DNA of 64,000 nucleotides, from the NCBI RefSeq assembly GCF_006345805.1, contig NC_043000.1, positions 59,458,001-59,522,000 on the forward strand, written 5' to 3'. The DNA is from Octopus sinensis. Lineage: Eukaryota. Made by a program: the position numbers and the translations under genes. Of this stretch, positions 56,561 through 64,000 are shown piece after piece. Position 1 is the stretch's first letter, and every line of letters starts with the position of its first letter. The notes under the pieces are model-generated. The model ran no database searches and was not told the DNA's origin. It saw only the letters and a program-made list of their open reading frames with translations.

Positions 56561-59500
56561 TAGTAACAACAACAACAACAAATGTAGTGAAGTGGTAGAG
56601 CAACAAACTAAGGAGTTGTAGTGTTTAGTTTTTATATTCTCTATGTTCTGAGTTCAAATCCAGCCAGAATCAAGGTTGCTTTTTATCCCACCAAAGTTGA
56701 TAAAATAAGAGCCAGTCATACTGAGGTCATTTTAAATTACCATATCTTTTATGAATTTGTTCCTTGTGCCAATTTAGAATCAAATGACTAATTATGGAAT
56801 ATATATTTTTAGAGCGATAGATAATTAACCCTATTGATGTCCAGAGACTGCCCTTCCATACTAACAAATTAAAGCAACTTTACTGTTTATATTCAGCAGT
56901 ATGCTTGCCTCAATTAAATGATGCTCCTGATACTGTTAGCTGTATTTTTCTTTAGAAGCTATTTACAGCTAGGAGAAATGGGCCAGTGAAAATGAAGCGT
57001 TCAAGTGTCCTGTCAGTGCTGGTGATGAGATACAAACTGTGTCCTGTCAATAAGTTAAAGTCCTATTTACTCTGTCAGCTGTAATAATGTTATTAGCAGC
57101 TGTGACGTTTGACATTTTTCTGAGGTGTGAAGTACTGAGTTGTGACTTTCATGTTTTTCCCAAATATATTAATAACACAGGATTGAAGTGAGAATGTCAC
57201 TGCCATGATTAATAATAATAGTAATGATCCTTTCTACTATAAGTACAAGGCCTGAAATTTTGGGGAGGGGAATAGTCAAATACATCGACCCAAGTACTGG
57301 TACTTAATTTATCGACCCCGGAAGAATGAAAGACAGAATTTGAACTCAGAACGTAACGGCAGACGAAATACTGCTAAGCATTTCGTCTGGCATGCTAATG
57401 ATTCTGCCAGCTTGCCGCCTTTTAATAATAATAGTAACAATCCTTTCTAGTGGAAGGGAATAAGTTGATTACATTGATATCAGTGTGTAACTGGTACAAA
57501 TTTTATTGACCCTGAAAGGATGAAAGGCAAAGTCAACCTCAGCAGAATTTGAACTCAGAATATAATGGCAGATGAAATACCGCTAAGCATTTTGCCTGCT
57601 CGTCATAATAATAATAATAATAATTTTGGTACAAAGTTAACAATTTTGAGGGGAGGAGACAAATCAATTACATTAACCCCAGTGTAATTGATTTGGTTCC
57701 TCCAGAGGTAGTTTATTTTATTACTCCTGAAAGGATGGAAAGGAAAATTGACATCAGCAGGATTTGCACTCAGAACATAAAGGATTGGAAGAGATGCTGC
57801 TCAGCATTTTGTCCAATGTTCTAATTATTCTGCCAGCTCATTGTTTTAACCCTTTCATTACCATATTTCTGCTGAGATGCTCTGTGTTTTTTTGTTTTTT
57901 TTCCAATTAATTTTAAATATAACAAAGAATTTAGTAAAGTAACTTAGTTATCATTAAGCTAGTGTTAGGAACGTAGATTGTGATTAAGGTCTGGTGGATT
58001 TTAATTCAGAAATTTTGCAAACAAGACATTTGTACTACAGAGCCAAAGGCAGTGTCAGCTGAGTTGGTATCAAAAGGGTTAAACTGCTTCAAATACTAGC
58101 ACAAGTCCTGCAATTTTTAGGGGAGGGAACATGTCAATTACAATGTCCCATTACTCAACTGATACTTTATTTTATTGACCCCCAAACTTACTGTTTTAAC
58201 AAATAATAACTGTTTCTAATTTTGGCAAAAAGTTAGCAATTTTAGGGGAAGAGATAGTCACTTACACCAACCCCAGTACTCAACTGGTACTTATTTCATC
58301 CTAAAAGGATGAAAGACAAAAATTGACCTTGGCAGAATTTGAACTCAGAATGTAAAGAGCCAGAGGAAATTCTACTGAGCATTTTGTCTGATGTGTTTTC
58401 AATTCTACCAGTTTGTTGTTTTCTAATATTGGCACAAGGCCTGAATTTTGGGGAAGGGGATTAGTTGATGTTATCGATCCCAGTTGTTGACTGTTGCTCT
58501 CATGAGTCACTGCAGTGATGATGCTCATTGCACTCTAATACATATTCCATCTCTGTGAAGAGATTTTTATCTCGGACAGTTCGACAACCTTTTGCCTTCT
58601 AAAGTGTATATACATTTGGTTTGATGCACAGATGGTGATATTCTTTTACTTTTTTAGAGACTAAATGACTGCAGCCATGCTGGAGCACCACCTTAAAGGG
58701 TTTTAGTCAAAGAAATCAACCCCAGGACTTATTCTTTGTAAGCCAAGTACTTATTCTATTGGTATCTTTTGCTGAACCACTAAGTTATAGGGACATAAAC
58801 ACACAAGCATCAGTTGTCAAGCAACAGTGGGGACAAATAGACACAAACTGAAATACATATATATATATATATATATATTACATTTGACGGGCTCCTTTCA
58901 GTTTCTGTCAATCAAATACACTCACAAGGCTTTGGTCAGCCCAAGGCTATAGCAGAAGACACAAGGTGCCATGCAGTAGAAGTGAACCCAGAACCATATA
59001 GTTGGAAAGCAAGCTTCTTACCACACAACCACACATAAAAAGCAAATTATAAACAAAGCTTCTTGAGGGAAAAAAATGTTTTCTCCTACTATAAATTAAA
59101 CAAATATTCCTCAAATATCTGTCAGGAATAAATCTTATAAACTATTCCACTTTAAGATAGCAATATGAAAAATTTGAACAATACTTTTAGTTGATATTGT
59201 TTTCAAAAGTAGACCAATATTATCTGAAAAAGTAGAACTCCCTCCCATTGCACTGTTCCCTTGGAACACTGCTGTCCCTAATCAATACAGGCTATCTGAT
59301 AATAGCATTCCCCTATTCAGTCTGCCCATCTCTTCCTTTAATGTTTTCAACATGACTAATCAGTTATTTCTCCTGCATTCTGCCATATAATAACTGTTTT
59401 CTAATAATTACTTTTTTCGATAATTACTTGTGAGGCTGACAACTCTGCTGAGCTTATCGAATGGCAGTCTACCCAGCCAAAATGTCTGATGGGTTTCTTA

Positions 59501-62500
59501 CCCCACCGCTGCACTCTCAATTCCTCAGTTTTACTAAACTGAGCAGTATTTCTCACTTTAAAAATCTCCAGTAAGGTTTGAACCAAAATCCTACCAGCCA
59601 AAAGTCCAGTAACTTTATCTTCAACAACAGCTAAATAAAAGGGCATCTATGTGGTTGTTTACCCTACTAGAAATAGCAGCCACATCTCCCTTAAGTCACA
59701 GCCAATCTTAAACAAGGAAAGGACACATTATCTAATGTAGTCCTACATGCACCCAAAAAAGACAGAATGGCCTCAGCTGGATTACTTTTGCTACATTACA
59801 AAATGGTCCTTTCTGAAATTTCAAGAGTTTACCTCTGCCTTAAGGCAAACCAATTTATTCCACTTTAGAACTGTTTATACTCATTATTGCCTAATGCAAG
59901 GCATTCTTAGTTTTCTCAAATGCTACTGTTTACTTCATCAACCACATTCTTAGTTGTTGATTCTACTATTTTTGTGATGTTCAAGCCAACACAGTTTTAC
60001 AGACTGAGCATATATAGGACATCCAGTGAAATAACATAGGTTCAATTTTTGTTAATCATCATTCTAGCAGTTTAAATAAACATGTTGAATATAAAGTTTA
60101 TCAAAAGCTTGCTATCTAGCACATCTTGTTTCTGTTATTGGAATTGAATAAGTTCACTTACATTTCCTAATGAACAGTGTTCTACTAAAGTGGCCTCTAA
60201 CCTTGCTTAACTCTTCAACAGTCTCCTTTCTCTGTAAATATCTACTCTCATTTAGAACACATGGCTGTATGCTTCATTCCCATTAATGTACCTCTCAAAC
60301 CTTACTAATTACAAGCCTATCATTTTTACTATCAACACCACAGAGATAATGGAATCAGTCATAAACTACCACCTTCTATATTATCTAAGGTATCCTCCAT
60401 TCATCTGTGACTAACTACCTGTACAGTTTCCACAGAGCTATATCTACCAAAGGTCTATCCTAAATCACACCCCAACAGTTTCTTGATATCGACAGAATCT
60501 TTGACAATGCATTTGATACAAAAACATCCGAGCAATGTTGCCTAGTCAAGGGTTCTACTAAATTCCTGTCAGAATGCTCCAGACTGGTACACAATCTATA
60601 AATTCTTGTATACTTCAGGGTTCAAGTATGTCACACACATATTCATTCTCTACATTAAATACATACTTGATAGATACCTTCAATTCTCAATAACCTTACC
60701 ACCATAATCATCATCTCCCATAGTCTAGATGTCACATCAGACGTGTACTACTTTATTTTTCTTGAGAATATCCTCCACGTCTCATTCAACAGCACCAAAC
60801 ACAGCCAGTACACATAACACAAATATATTATTGTTACTACAGTAATTCTGACTCCAAATTACAAACAAACACTGGCTTACCTTTAAACAGATTTATATTG
60901 CTCCTTACAAAGATCATACACACAGAATAAAAAATTCAAAACCAATATAAGAGAGCAAATCAAAATAGATAGATTTAAAAAAATGTTTTCTGCCACTTCA
61001 TACAACAAATCAGAACATTTGGCAAACAATATACAGTCAGAGTCTCATCCTGAGATACTATCTAAAGTGTGCATAATTGATTAACCCTTCCATATACCAG
61101 CAAATATGCTTGTAGTGAATATAAAGAACAAATGACATTATTGAGGAACTCTCCTGGTGAATGCACTCAGTTTAGGAAATACAGTATCACAAAAACTAGC
61201 CTTTGACAGAGCCAGAAAATACTTCAACTCACAACATCTACTAATACACAATAAAATTTAAATGAGAGCCACAATATAGTACTGTCTGACACCCACCCCA
61301 TCGGAGATGGCTTTGCTGCTATACACAGACACTCTAAACAACATCAAAAGAAAAACTACTGAAATAATTGACAAGAAATCTCAATCCAACACACTCCAAC
61401 CCTAAGCGCATAGACATACGATTTCTCTCTTTCTACTACAATGGCCTTTGCTCCTTAAAGCTGGTTAGTCTTTTACCACCTTCATTTAAAGTATGCCGCT
61501 GCCAGCCACCCCTGGCACCTGTGCCGGTGGCACGTAAAAAGCACCCACTACACTCACAGAGTGGTTGGCGTTAGGAAGGGCATCCAGCTGTAGAAACACT
61601 GCCAGATCAGACTGGAGCCTGGTGCAGCCTCCGGGTTTCCCAGACCCCAGTCGAACCGTCCAACCCATGCTAGCACAGAAAACGGGCGTTAAACGATCAT
61701 GATGAAATGTCTCTCTTTGTCTTGTTATATATATATATATGTTCTGGCTCCAATTCTACAGTCTATGCACAAACCATTACGTCCAGTTTTACTTCCTTTG
61801 AAAGTTGGCTAATTTACCCATTCTGCAGACCTTTTTTTCTTCTTGCAGCAGCTATTGAAATTGGAAGACTTCAAGAGAAACGATAACTAATTGCAATCAT
61901 TGTGTGTGTGTGTGTGTGTGTGCGTGTATAATGTCTGCGTGTGTGTGTCATTCAATTTTGTCACATCGTCACTTATTTCTCTAATTTTGTCACAGATTGG
62001 CTGACCAAAAATTCTAAGATTTTTCAATTCTATTTTACTTTTTCATTAAATTACGTTACACAAAATTCCAAAAGAATATTTTTCTCCCTCGTGTTCTATC
62101 CTTGACCAGCCTAACCCTGATCCCTCTCTTTCTATCTCTCTGTCTCGATAACCACTTGCTTCTTCAACACTTACCCCTATATAAACTAGCTCACTCGGAT
62201 TCCGCTACTTCATTTTAATAACTCTGCCAAAAGAATACAAATCCAGAAGATGTTCTCTAATTCTGCTATTTCGCTGGTTATACACCACTGGCCTATGCCA
62301 GTGGTGTATAACCCACTTATGAGTACCCTTCATTCATTGGACAATAAACTTTGCTTGCGTAGACCTGTTGAGGCAAGTGAAATCAAAACCGCTGACGTAG
62401 CTGATGACTGTACGCCTGATTGGCACTCGTGCCGGTGGAATGTCAAAAGCACCATCCAAGTGTGATCGTTGCCAGGACCACTGACTGGCTACCATGCCGG

Positions 62501-62872
62501 GGAACGTAAAAAGCACCATTTGAGCATGATTGTTGCCAGCATCACCTTACTGGCATGTGCTGGTGGAATGTAAAAAAAAACTTTTGAGTGTGGTTATTGC
62601 CAGTACTGCTGGACTGGCTCCCATGCAGGTGGCACGTAGAAAACACCTTTTGATCGTGGTCATTGCCTGTACTGCCTGACTGGCCCTCGTGCTAGTGGCA
62701 CGTAAAAGCACCCACTACACTCTCAGAGTGTTTGGCATTAGGAGGGGCATCCAGCTGTAGAAACTTTGCCAGATCGGATTGGAGCCTAGTGCAGCCTTTT
62801 GGCTTGCCAGTCCTCAGTGAAACCATCCAGCCCATGCCAGCATGGAAAGCGGACGTTAAATGATAATGATGA

Positions 62873-62903
<31 letters not shown>

Positions 62904-62906
62904 GTG

Positions 62907-62944
<38 letters not shown>

Positions 62945-62970
62945 AGTGAGTCTGTACACACACACATACA

Positions 62971-63008
<38 letters not shown>

Positions 63009-63697
63009 AAGTATCCCAATTATCTCAGCTACAAATTCAAGTCTACTTAGATAGAGGACTATATCTTATCATCATTATCATGCTTACTTTCTATTTTCTT
63101 TCCAATCTTTTTATGAATATGTATATATTTATCTGTGCTATATCTAAGTAAGAAATAACATCTTAATCATTATCTTCCTCAATTTTTTTAAATAGTTTTC
63201 AATCTTAAGAGTTGCTTTTAATCATTTTTACAATATTTGCATGTATTTTGGCATAAATGTTGCAATTTGCCAGGTTAATAGCATGTTGGTTAATGTATGA
63301 AAAGGTTGGTATTTTACAATTTGCAACTGGAGTTCTGATATTTTCTGAGCAGGCTATCTTCTCTCAATGGACACCTACCTGTAAATAGTTATGATGGATA
63401 GGTACAGAGCATTGTATCTTTCCTAAGAGATGACTATCATTATCATTAAAGTTCACAATGCTAACTACTCATATCAGCTCCCTCAATATGAATATTGTTG
63501 AATTACTTCTATCATAATTCATTATACTCATTTCACACATTCCTAATTTTGTAATTACCTGAAGGATGGATTCGGCGTCGTTTGTGTATTTTGTTTAAGT
63601 TTTCTGGCATACTGTGTGATCGTCCAAGAATTTTCTTTTGTTTCGTCAAAGCACTGCGATCGGCAATCCTTGATTTTATAGGGTGAGGGGTTGACAT
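1114..63697 (-). CDS. ARHGEF4: Asef/collybistin-family Rho guanine nucleotide exchange factor (SH3-DH-PH), multi-exon and incomplete at the 3' end. join(63559-63697,50506-50651,25976-26155,21582-21770,20462-20638,17055-17159,12287-12544,2137-2265,1516-1600,1114-1272), minus strand
   Basis: Ten exons with canonical AG/GT ends and matching phases give an uninterrupted frame. It contains SH3 ([11 protein letters not shown]...DWWWG...GWFPANFVR), DH ([13 protein letters not shown]; IFGNLEDIY; [23 protein letters not shown]; INERKRR) and PH ([14 protein letters not shown]; [13 protein letters not shown]) motifs that I recognise from vertebrate ARHGEF4/SPATA13/ARHGEF9. It is probably a single pro-ortholog of all three, so the symbol is approximate. 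Confidence 0.92.
1516..1600 (-). CDS. ARHGEF4: RhoGEF exon I, PH: [28 protein letters not shown](D)
   Basis: 85 nt, phase 0-1, TAG acceptor and GTAAGC donor. Aligns with collybistin DLIRRDILYYKGRID. Confidence 0.93.
2137..2265 (-). CDS. ARHGEF4: RhoGEF exon H, PH start: [43 protein letters not shown]
   Basis: 129 nt, phase 0-0, CAG acceptor and AAG/GTGAGA donor. SSELIYxGE and FFLFDHQ motifs. Confidence 0.95.
3795..4093 (-). mobile_element. tRNA-headed SINE (family C)
   Basis: Minus-strand head GCATGGCTTAGTGGTTAGAGT...GTGAATTTGATTCC, then the TGTGTCCTTGAGCAAGACA core shared with 34378 and 45980. Confidence 0.75.
4345..4505 (+). mobile_element. SINE family B (Meta/MESC-like core), partial
   Basis: GAGCTGG...GATAAAGTACCAG...CACTGGAGTTGATGTAATTGA...CCCTCCCC...GGCCTTGTGCCAAAATTTGAAACC, recurring many times in the window. 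Confidence 0.65.
5057..5396. mobile_element. hAT (Charlie-like) MITE, degraded
   Basis: Starts CAGTGGTTCTCAAC and ends with the degenerate inverted AAAAACCACAG. The flanks agtttaag/ctttaatg are only loosely TSD-like. Confidence 0.5.
7025..7240. mobile_element. piggyBac-type MITE copy with eroded ends
   Basis: The body (TTACCATATTTCTG...AAAGAATTTAGTAAAATAA...ATCATTAAGCTGGTGTT...AGTCTCAGG...GGTATCAAAAG) matches the intact copies at 20026 and 57850. Confidence 0.7.
8038..8353 (-). mobile_element. tRNA-headed non-autonomous retroelement carrying a Penelope-type hammerhead motif and an inverted 3' tail
   Basis: 12-bp TSD TAACAGAAATAT at 8026-8037 and 8354-8365. Minus-strand A box TAGTGGTTAAG and B box GAGTTCAATTCC (8225-8285), an (AAT)n spacer and a hammerhead-like core at 8083-8128. 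8041-8067 is an inverted copy of 8289-8314. Confidence 0.8.
8083..8128 (-). ncRNA. Minimal (Penelope-type) hammerhead ribozyme motif, partly decayed
   Basis: Minus strand reads GTTAC-CTGATGA-AAGCTG-GAGAGTGTAT-CAGCC-GAAATATT-GTGTT: CUGAUGA box, stem II GCTG/CAGC, GAAA box and a palindromic mini stem III. Confidence 0.6.
8510..9560 (-). mobile_element. HERO-clade non-LTR retrotransposon fragment (C-terminal region: CCHC knuckle plus restriction-like endonuclease), frameshifted
   Basis: Broken frames give [10 protein letters not shown]...[13 protein letters not shown]; [22 protein letters not shown]...CVLC...LEHILSFC...YRxRHDQVL; [11 protein letters not shown]...[23 protein letters not shown]...[10 protein letters not shown]. 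These are motifs of RLE-bearing HERO elements. Visibly GC-richer than the flanks. Confidence 0.85.
9626..9778. mobile_element. Small hAT-type MITE
   Basis: Imperfect 15-bp TIRs: CACTAGCGTAACCAG versus reverse-complemented CACCAGCATAGCTAG (11/15). 8-bp TSD CCCACCTA / CCCAGATA (6/8). Confidence 0.65.
11730..11940 (+). mobile_element. SINE family B (Meta/MESC-like core)
   Basis: GAGCTGG...TTCTGAGTTCAAATTC...CATCCTTTC...AATAAAATAAGTAC...GGCCTTGTGCCAAAATTTGAAACC. Confidence 0.75.
12287..12544 (-). CDS. ARHGEF4: RhoGEF exon G, DH C-terminal half: [38 protein letters not shown]...[25 protein letters not shown]
   Basis: 258 nt, phase 0-0, CAG acceptor and GTAAGA donor. Contains DH conserved region 3. 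Confidence 0.97.
15501..16770 (+). mobile_element. 5'-truncated RTE-clade LINE: end of ORF (PHD-like zinc finger, RT thumb, RTE C-terminus), 3' UTR and (GAT)n tail
   Basis: Open frame 15503-16339: [31 protein letters not shown]...[56 protein letters not shown]. The 3' UTR has tandem subrepeats and ends CGTTAAACGATGATGATGA. Confidence 0.92.
17055..17159 (-). CDS. ARHGEF4: RhoGEF exon F, DH: [35 protein letters not shown]
   Basis: 105 nt, phase 0-0, CAG acceptor and GTAAGG donor. FxIYSxYCNNHP motif. Confidence 0.95.
17858..18400 (-). mobile_element. Probable Penelope-like element-derived repeat (pLTR-like end with hammerhead motif) abutting a (TA)n tract
   Basis: Hammerhead-like core at 17962-17996 on the minus strand. 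The tail ends ...TGTTTGGATTAACTATATA in a TA microsatellite. The right boundary is uncertain because it merges into the compound microsatellite. Confidence 0.55.
17962..17996 (-). ncRNA. Minimal hammerhead ribozyme motif (U4C variant)
   Basis: Minus strand reads GTTT-CCGACGA-A-GAGC-TCC-GCTC-GAAACGTT-AAAC: stem I GTTT/AAAC, perfect stem II GAGC/GCTC, and GAAA plus a palindromic ACGT stem III. Confidence 0.65.
18143..18895. repeat. Long compound (TG)n/(TATG)n/(CATA)n microsatellite field
   Basis: Directly visible degenerate di- and tetranucleotide repeats. They explain the spurious H/T/Y/C/V-rich ORFs here. Confidence 0.95.
20026..20409. mobile_element. piggyBac-type MITE with a nested family-B SINE (about 20130-20300)
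   Basis: TTAA at 20022-20025 and 20410-20413. TIRs CCCTTTTGTTACC / GGTATCAAAAGGG. The body matches 57850-58078 except for the inserted SINE. Confidence 0.85.
20462..20638 (-). CDS. ARHGEF4: RhoGEF exon E, DH: [59 protein letters not shown]
   Basis: 177 nt, phase 0-0, TAG acceptor and GTAAGT donor. IFGNLEDIY motif. Confidence 0.95.
20688..20735. repeat. (TA)n microsatellite
   Basis: Pure TA run just upstream of the exon E acceptor. Confidence 0.95.
21582..21770 (-). CDS. ARHGEF4: RhoGEF exon D, linker and DH start: LRANQD...[27 protein letters not shown]
   Basis: 189 nt, phase 0-0, TAG acceptor and GTAAGT donor. Contains DH conserved region 1. Confidence 0.95.
22075..23562. mobile_element. 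Decayed pogo/Tc2-like DNA transposon (non-autonomous)
   Basis: TA then CCATAAAACCCCGTGTAATTT on the left. The right end AAATTACATGGGTTTTTACGG is its imperfect inverse. Repeated subterminal GTAAATTACAYG motifs occur at both ends. No intact ORF. Confidence 0.7.
24734..25016 (-). mobile_element. tRNA-headed SINE family A (with internal microsatellite), degraded
   Basis: Reverse complement of the 30552 element: GTTTCAGTCA...CTGCAGCCATGCT, (TA)n, ACTCACAAGGCTTTGG...TGTGGTTGGGAAGCAAA...ACCACACAACCACGCCTG. Confidence 0.75.
25976..26155 (-). CDS. ARHGEF4: RhoGEF exon C, SH3 domain: [60 protein letters not shown]
   Basis: 180 nt, phase 0-0, CAG acceptor and GTAAGT donor. Strong match to the Asef/collybistin SH3. 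Confidence 0.96.
27870..28035 (+). mobile_element. SINE family B
   Basis: TTCTGAGTTCAAATTCC...TTTCATCTTTTCAGGATTGATAAAATGAGTACCAG core. Confidence 0.7.
28386..28512 (-). mobile_element. SINE family A, 5' half
   Basis: TTTCAGTTTCC...ACTCACAA...AAGACAC...CCAAGGTGCCATGCAGTGGGA, the inverse of the family A head. Confidence 0.65.
29960..30130 (+). mobile_element. SINE family B
   Basis: GAGTTCAAATTCTGACGAGGTCGACTTTGCCTTTCA...AAATAAGTACCAGTTGAACACTGGGATTGATGTAATC. Confidence 0.7.
30552..30944 (+). mobile_element. Full-length tRNA-headed SINE family A with central (TA)n
   Basis: Head GGCTGTGTGGTAAGAAG...GGTTCAGTTCC, body ACCTTGGACAAGTGTCTTCTACTATAG...GGAAACTGAAAGAAGCC, a microsatellite, then a tail ending TGACTGAAACAAGTAAAAG. 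Near-copies at 34885, 53334 and 58641. Confidence 0.88.
31300..32925 (+). mobile_element. Heavily decayed R4/Dong-clade non-LTR retrotransposon (reverse transcriptase remnant)
   Basis: Broken plus-strand frames give [15 protein letters not shown] (32163-32207), [21 protein letters not shown], GLDKx[26 protein letters not shown] and [11 protein letters not shown]. The left boundary is approximate. Confidence 0.75.
33398..33612. mobile_element. Tc1/mariner-type MITE
   Basis: Left GGTGAATATAAAGTTTGGAT versus reverse-complemented right end CAGGGTGACTATAAAGTCTGGAT, followed by TA. Confidence 0.65.
34378..34665 (+). mobile_element. tRNA-headed SINE (family C variant)
   Basis: GGCCTAGTGGTTAGG...GGTTTTGATTCC head and TGTGTTCTTGAGCAAAAC...GCTCCAGTCCACTCAGCTGTAAATGAGT core. 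Confidence 0.75.
34754..34830 (-). mobile_element. RTE 3'-end fragment
   Basis: ATCATCATCATTTAACATC...CCATGCTGGCATGGGTTGGA...GGGGTCTGGGAAGCCAGG is the inverse of 16690-16770. Confidence 0.75.
34885..35257 (+). mobile_element. Full-length SINE family A with central (TG)n
   Basis: Same head, body and tail as 30552-30944. Confidence 0.88.
35755..35965 (-). mobile_element. SINE family B
   Basis: GGTACTTATTTTACTGACCCTGAAAGG...AAAGGCAAAGTC...GAATTTGAACTCAGAA...GCTAACGATTCTGCCAG. Confidence 0.78.
36557..36710 (-). mobile_element. SINE family A, 5' half, next to (TA)n at 36489-36533
   Basis: CAGTTTCCATCTACCAAATTCACT...CCCAAGGTGCCATG...AACCACAGC. Confidence 0.6.
42165..42312 (+). mobile_element. 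RTE 3'-end fragment with (GAT)n tail
   Basis: Nearly identical to 16625-16770 (GGAGTGGTTGGCATTAGGAAGGGCATCCAGCTGTAGAAAC...CGTTAAACGATGATGATG). Confidence 0.88.
44570..45266. mobile_element. Tigger/pogo-type MITE
   Basis: TA TSD at 44568-44569 and 45267-45268. TIRs CAGACATACCTC / GAGGTATGCCTG match the Tigger-type CAGGCATACCTC end. Repeated ACTTAAGTC subterminal motifs. Confidence 0.85.
45980..46320 (+). mobile_element. tRNA-headed SINE (family C) followed by a (TA)n/(CA)n tail
   Basis: A box TGGCTCAGTGGTTAGAG, B box GAGTTCGATTCC, and the TGTGTTCTTGAGTAAGACA core. Confidence 0.82.
46500..47402 (+). pseudogene. Decayed mariner (DD34D-type) transposase with right TIR
   Basis: Fragments [10 protein letters not shown], WVPxx[44 protein letters not shown]. 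Many frameshifts. Ends ...AACCTTTCAGCTGACCCTC. Confidence 0.88.
47718..47890 (-). mobile_element. SINE family A, 5' half, degraded
   Basis: TTTCAGTTTCCA...CACAAGGCTTTGATCAGCCCAAGCTAT...CTTCTTAACCACATAGCCAT. Confidence 0.6.
48295..48425 (-). mobile_element. Old RTE 3'-end fragment
   Basis: CATCATCATTTGACG...TTCCATGCTGGCATGGGTTGGATGGTTTGACAGG, the inverse of the RTE tail. Confidence 0.65.
50506..50651 (-). CDS. ARHGEF4: RhoGEF exon B (acidic/Ser-rich pre-SH3 region): (G)[48 protein letters not shown]
   Basis: TTTCAG acceptor and GAG/GTAATT donor. 146 nt, phase 1 to phase 0, joining in frame to the SH3 exon. Confidence 0.8.
51585..51648 (-). CDS. ARHGEF4: Probable alternative first coding exon: [21 protein letters not shown](G)
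   Basis: ATG in ataATGG context with an upstream in-frame TAA. 64 nt to a CAG/GTAA donor (51583-51584), phase 1, compatible with exon B 933 nt downstream. CpG-containing unique sequence. Confidence 0.6.
53334..53696 (+). mobile_element. Full-length SINE family A
   Basis: Same head, body and tail as 30552 and 34885. Confidence 0.85.
56180..58490. repeat. Cluster of family-B SINE copies (mostly minus strand, head-to-tail, separated by (AAT)n), with one plus-strand copy at about 56590-56780
   Basis: Repeated GGCACAAGGCCTGAAATTTTGGGG...TCGACCCC...GGTACTT...GAAAGGATGAAAG...GAATTTGAACTCAGAA blocks at about 56195, 56325, 57225, 57440, 57625, 58095, 58215 and 58420. Confidence 0.85.
57850..58078. 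mobile_element. piggyBac-type MITE (229 bp)
   Basis: TTAA TSD at 57846-57849 and 58079-58082. TIRs CCCTTTCATTACCA / TGGTATCAAAAGGG. Confidence 0.88.
58641..59033 (-). mobile_element. Full-length SINE family A with central (TA)n
   Basis: Reverse complement of the 30552-type element. Confidence 0.85.
61500..61705 (+). mobile_element. RTE 3'-end fragment
   Basis: Nearly identical to 16567-16770. Confidence 0.88.
62335..62873 (+). mobile_element. RTE-related 3' UTR with five tandem subrepeats of about 65 bp and a (GAT)n tail
   Basis: Units GTGCNGGTGGNACGTAAAAAGCACC...GCCAG...CTGGC, then the common RTE tail. Followed by the (TG)/(TA) microsatellite at 62874-63003. Confidence 0.85.
63559..63697 (-). 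CDS. ARHGEF4: RhoGEF exon A (N-terminal region): [46 protein letters not shown](G)
   Basis: Polypyrimidine tract plus CAG acceptor (63698-63700) and GT donor (63557-63558). 139 nt, ending in phase 1, which matches the phase-1 start of exon B. It begins with ATG right after the acceptor, so it is either an internal exon of a longer isoform or the first coding exon. Confidence 0.75.
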
Positions 63698-64000
63698 CTG
63701 GAATGAATAAAAACAAAAATAGATAAGAACATTATACTGAAAAATGTTTACTATTGTAACAAATAAATATAGGAAGGAATGAAGAAAAGAGTTTGTTCTA
63801 CAAACTAATTTCATAACTATGAGAAATGAACAGATTTCTCCCTCATGTAGTCCTTTCTTTATAATAAAGATACCAAAGGTACACTTGGTATATGCAAATT
63901 TCATTAACACTAGAATGATTTGAACTCAGAACCTTAAAGTAACATAATAACAAAGTATAGCATCTAGTCTACATCTTATTACATGAGATACTTGAAATTT

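Noticed and set aside
60881-60917. Possible extra first exon [12 protein letters not shown](G) with a phase-1 AAG/GTAAGC donor
   Set aside because: Very short, poor Kozak context and no other support; expected by chance in a 13-kb intron.
62429-62712. Repeat-spacer-like periodicity resembling a CRISPR array
   Set aside because: The intervening segments are homologous to each other, the array is part of an RTE 3' UTR, the context is eukaryotic, and no cas genes are present.

Overview
AT-rich eukaryotic genomic DNA. The repeat landscape (tRNA-headed SINEs with internal microsatellites, RTE LINE tails ending in (GAT)n, abundant (TA)n/(CA)n) looks like an Octopus (coleoid cephalopod) genome; this is inferred from recall, not a database search. 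The whole window lies inside one minus-strand gene, an SH3-DH-PH Rho GEF of the Asef/collybistin family (ARHGEF4/SPATA13/ARHGEF9; Drosophila RhoGEF3-like). I traced 10 phase-consistent GT-AG coding exons (63697 to 1114; 1567 nt, about 522 codons). The gene runs off the left end and probably has further 5' exons to the right. There is also a probable alternative first coding exon (51585-51648) and a candidate cassette exon between DH and PH (6102-6158). The introns hold fragments of HERO, RTE (with a PHD-type zinc finger) and R4/Dong LINEs, a decayed mariner, pogo/Tigger, hAT, piggyBac and Tc1 MITEs, and several SINE families. The most unusual items are: (1) two Penelope-type minimal hammerhead ribozyme motifs in sense orientation to the host pre-mRNA, one inside a tRNA-headed SINE with an inverted tail and a 12-bp TSD; (2) a tandemly repeated pseudoknot-plus-hairpin module in the RTE 3' UTR.
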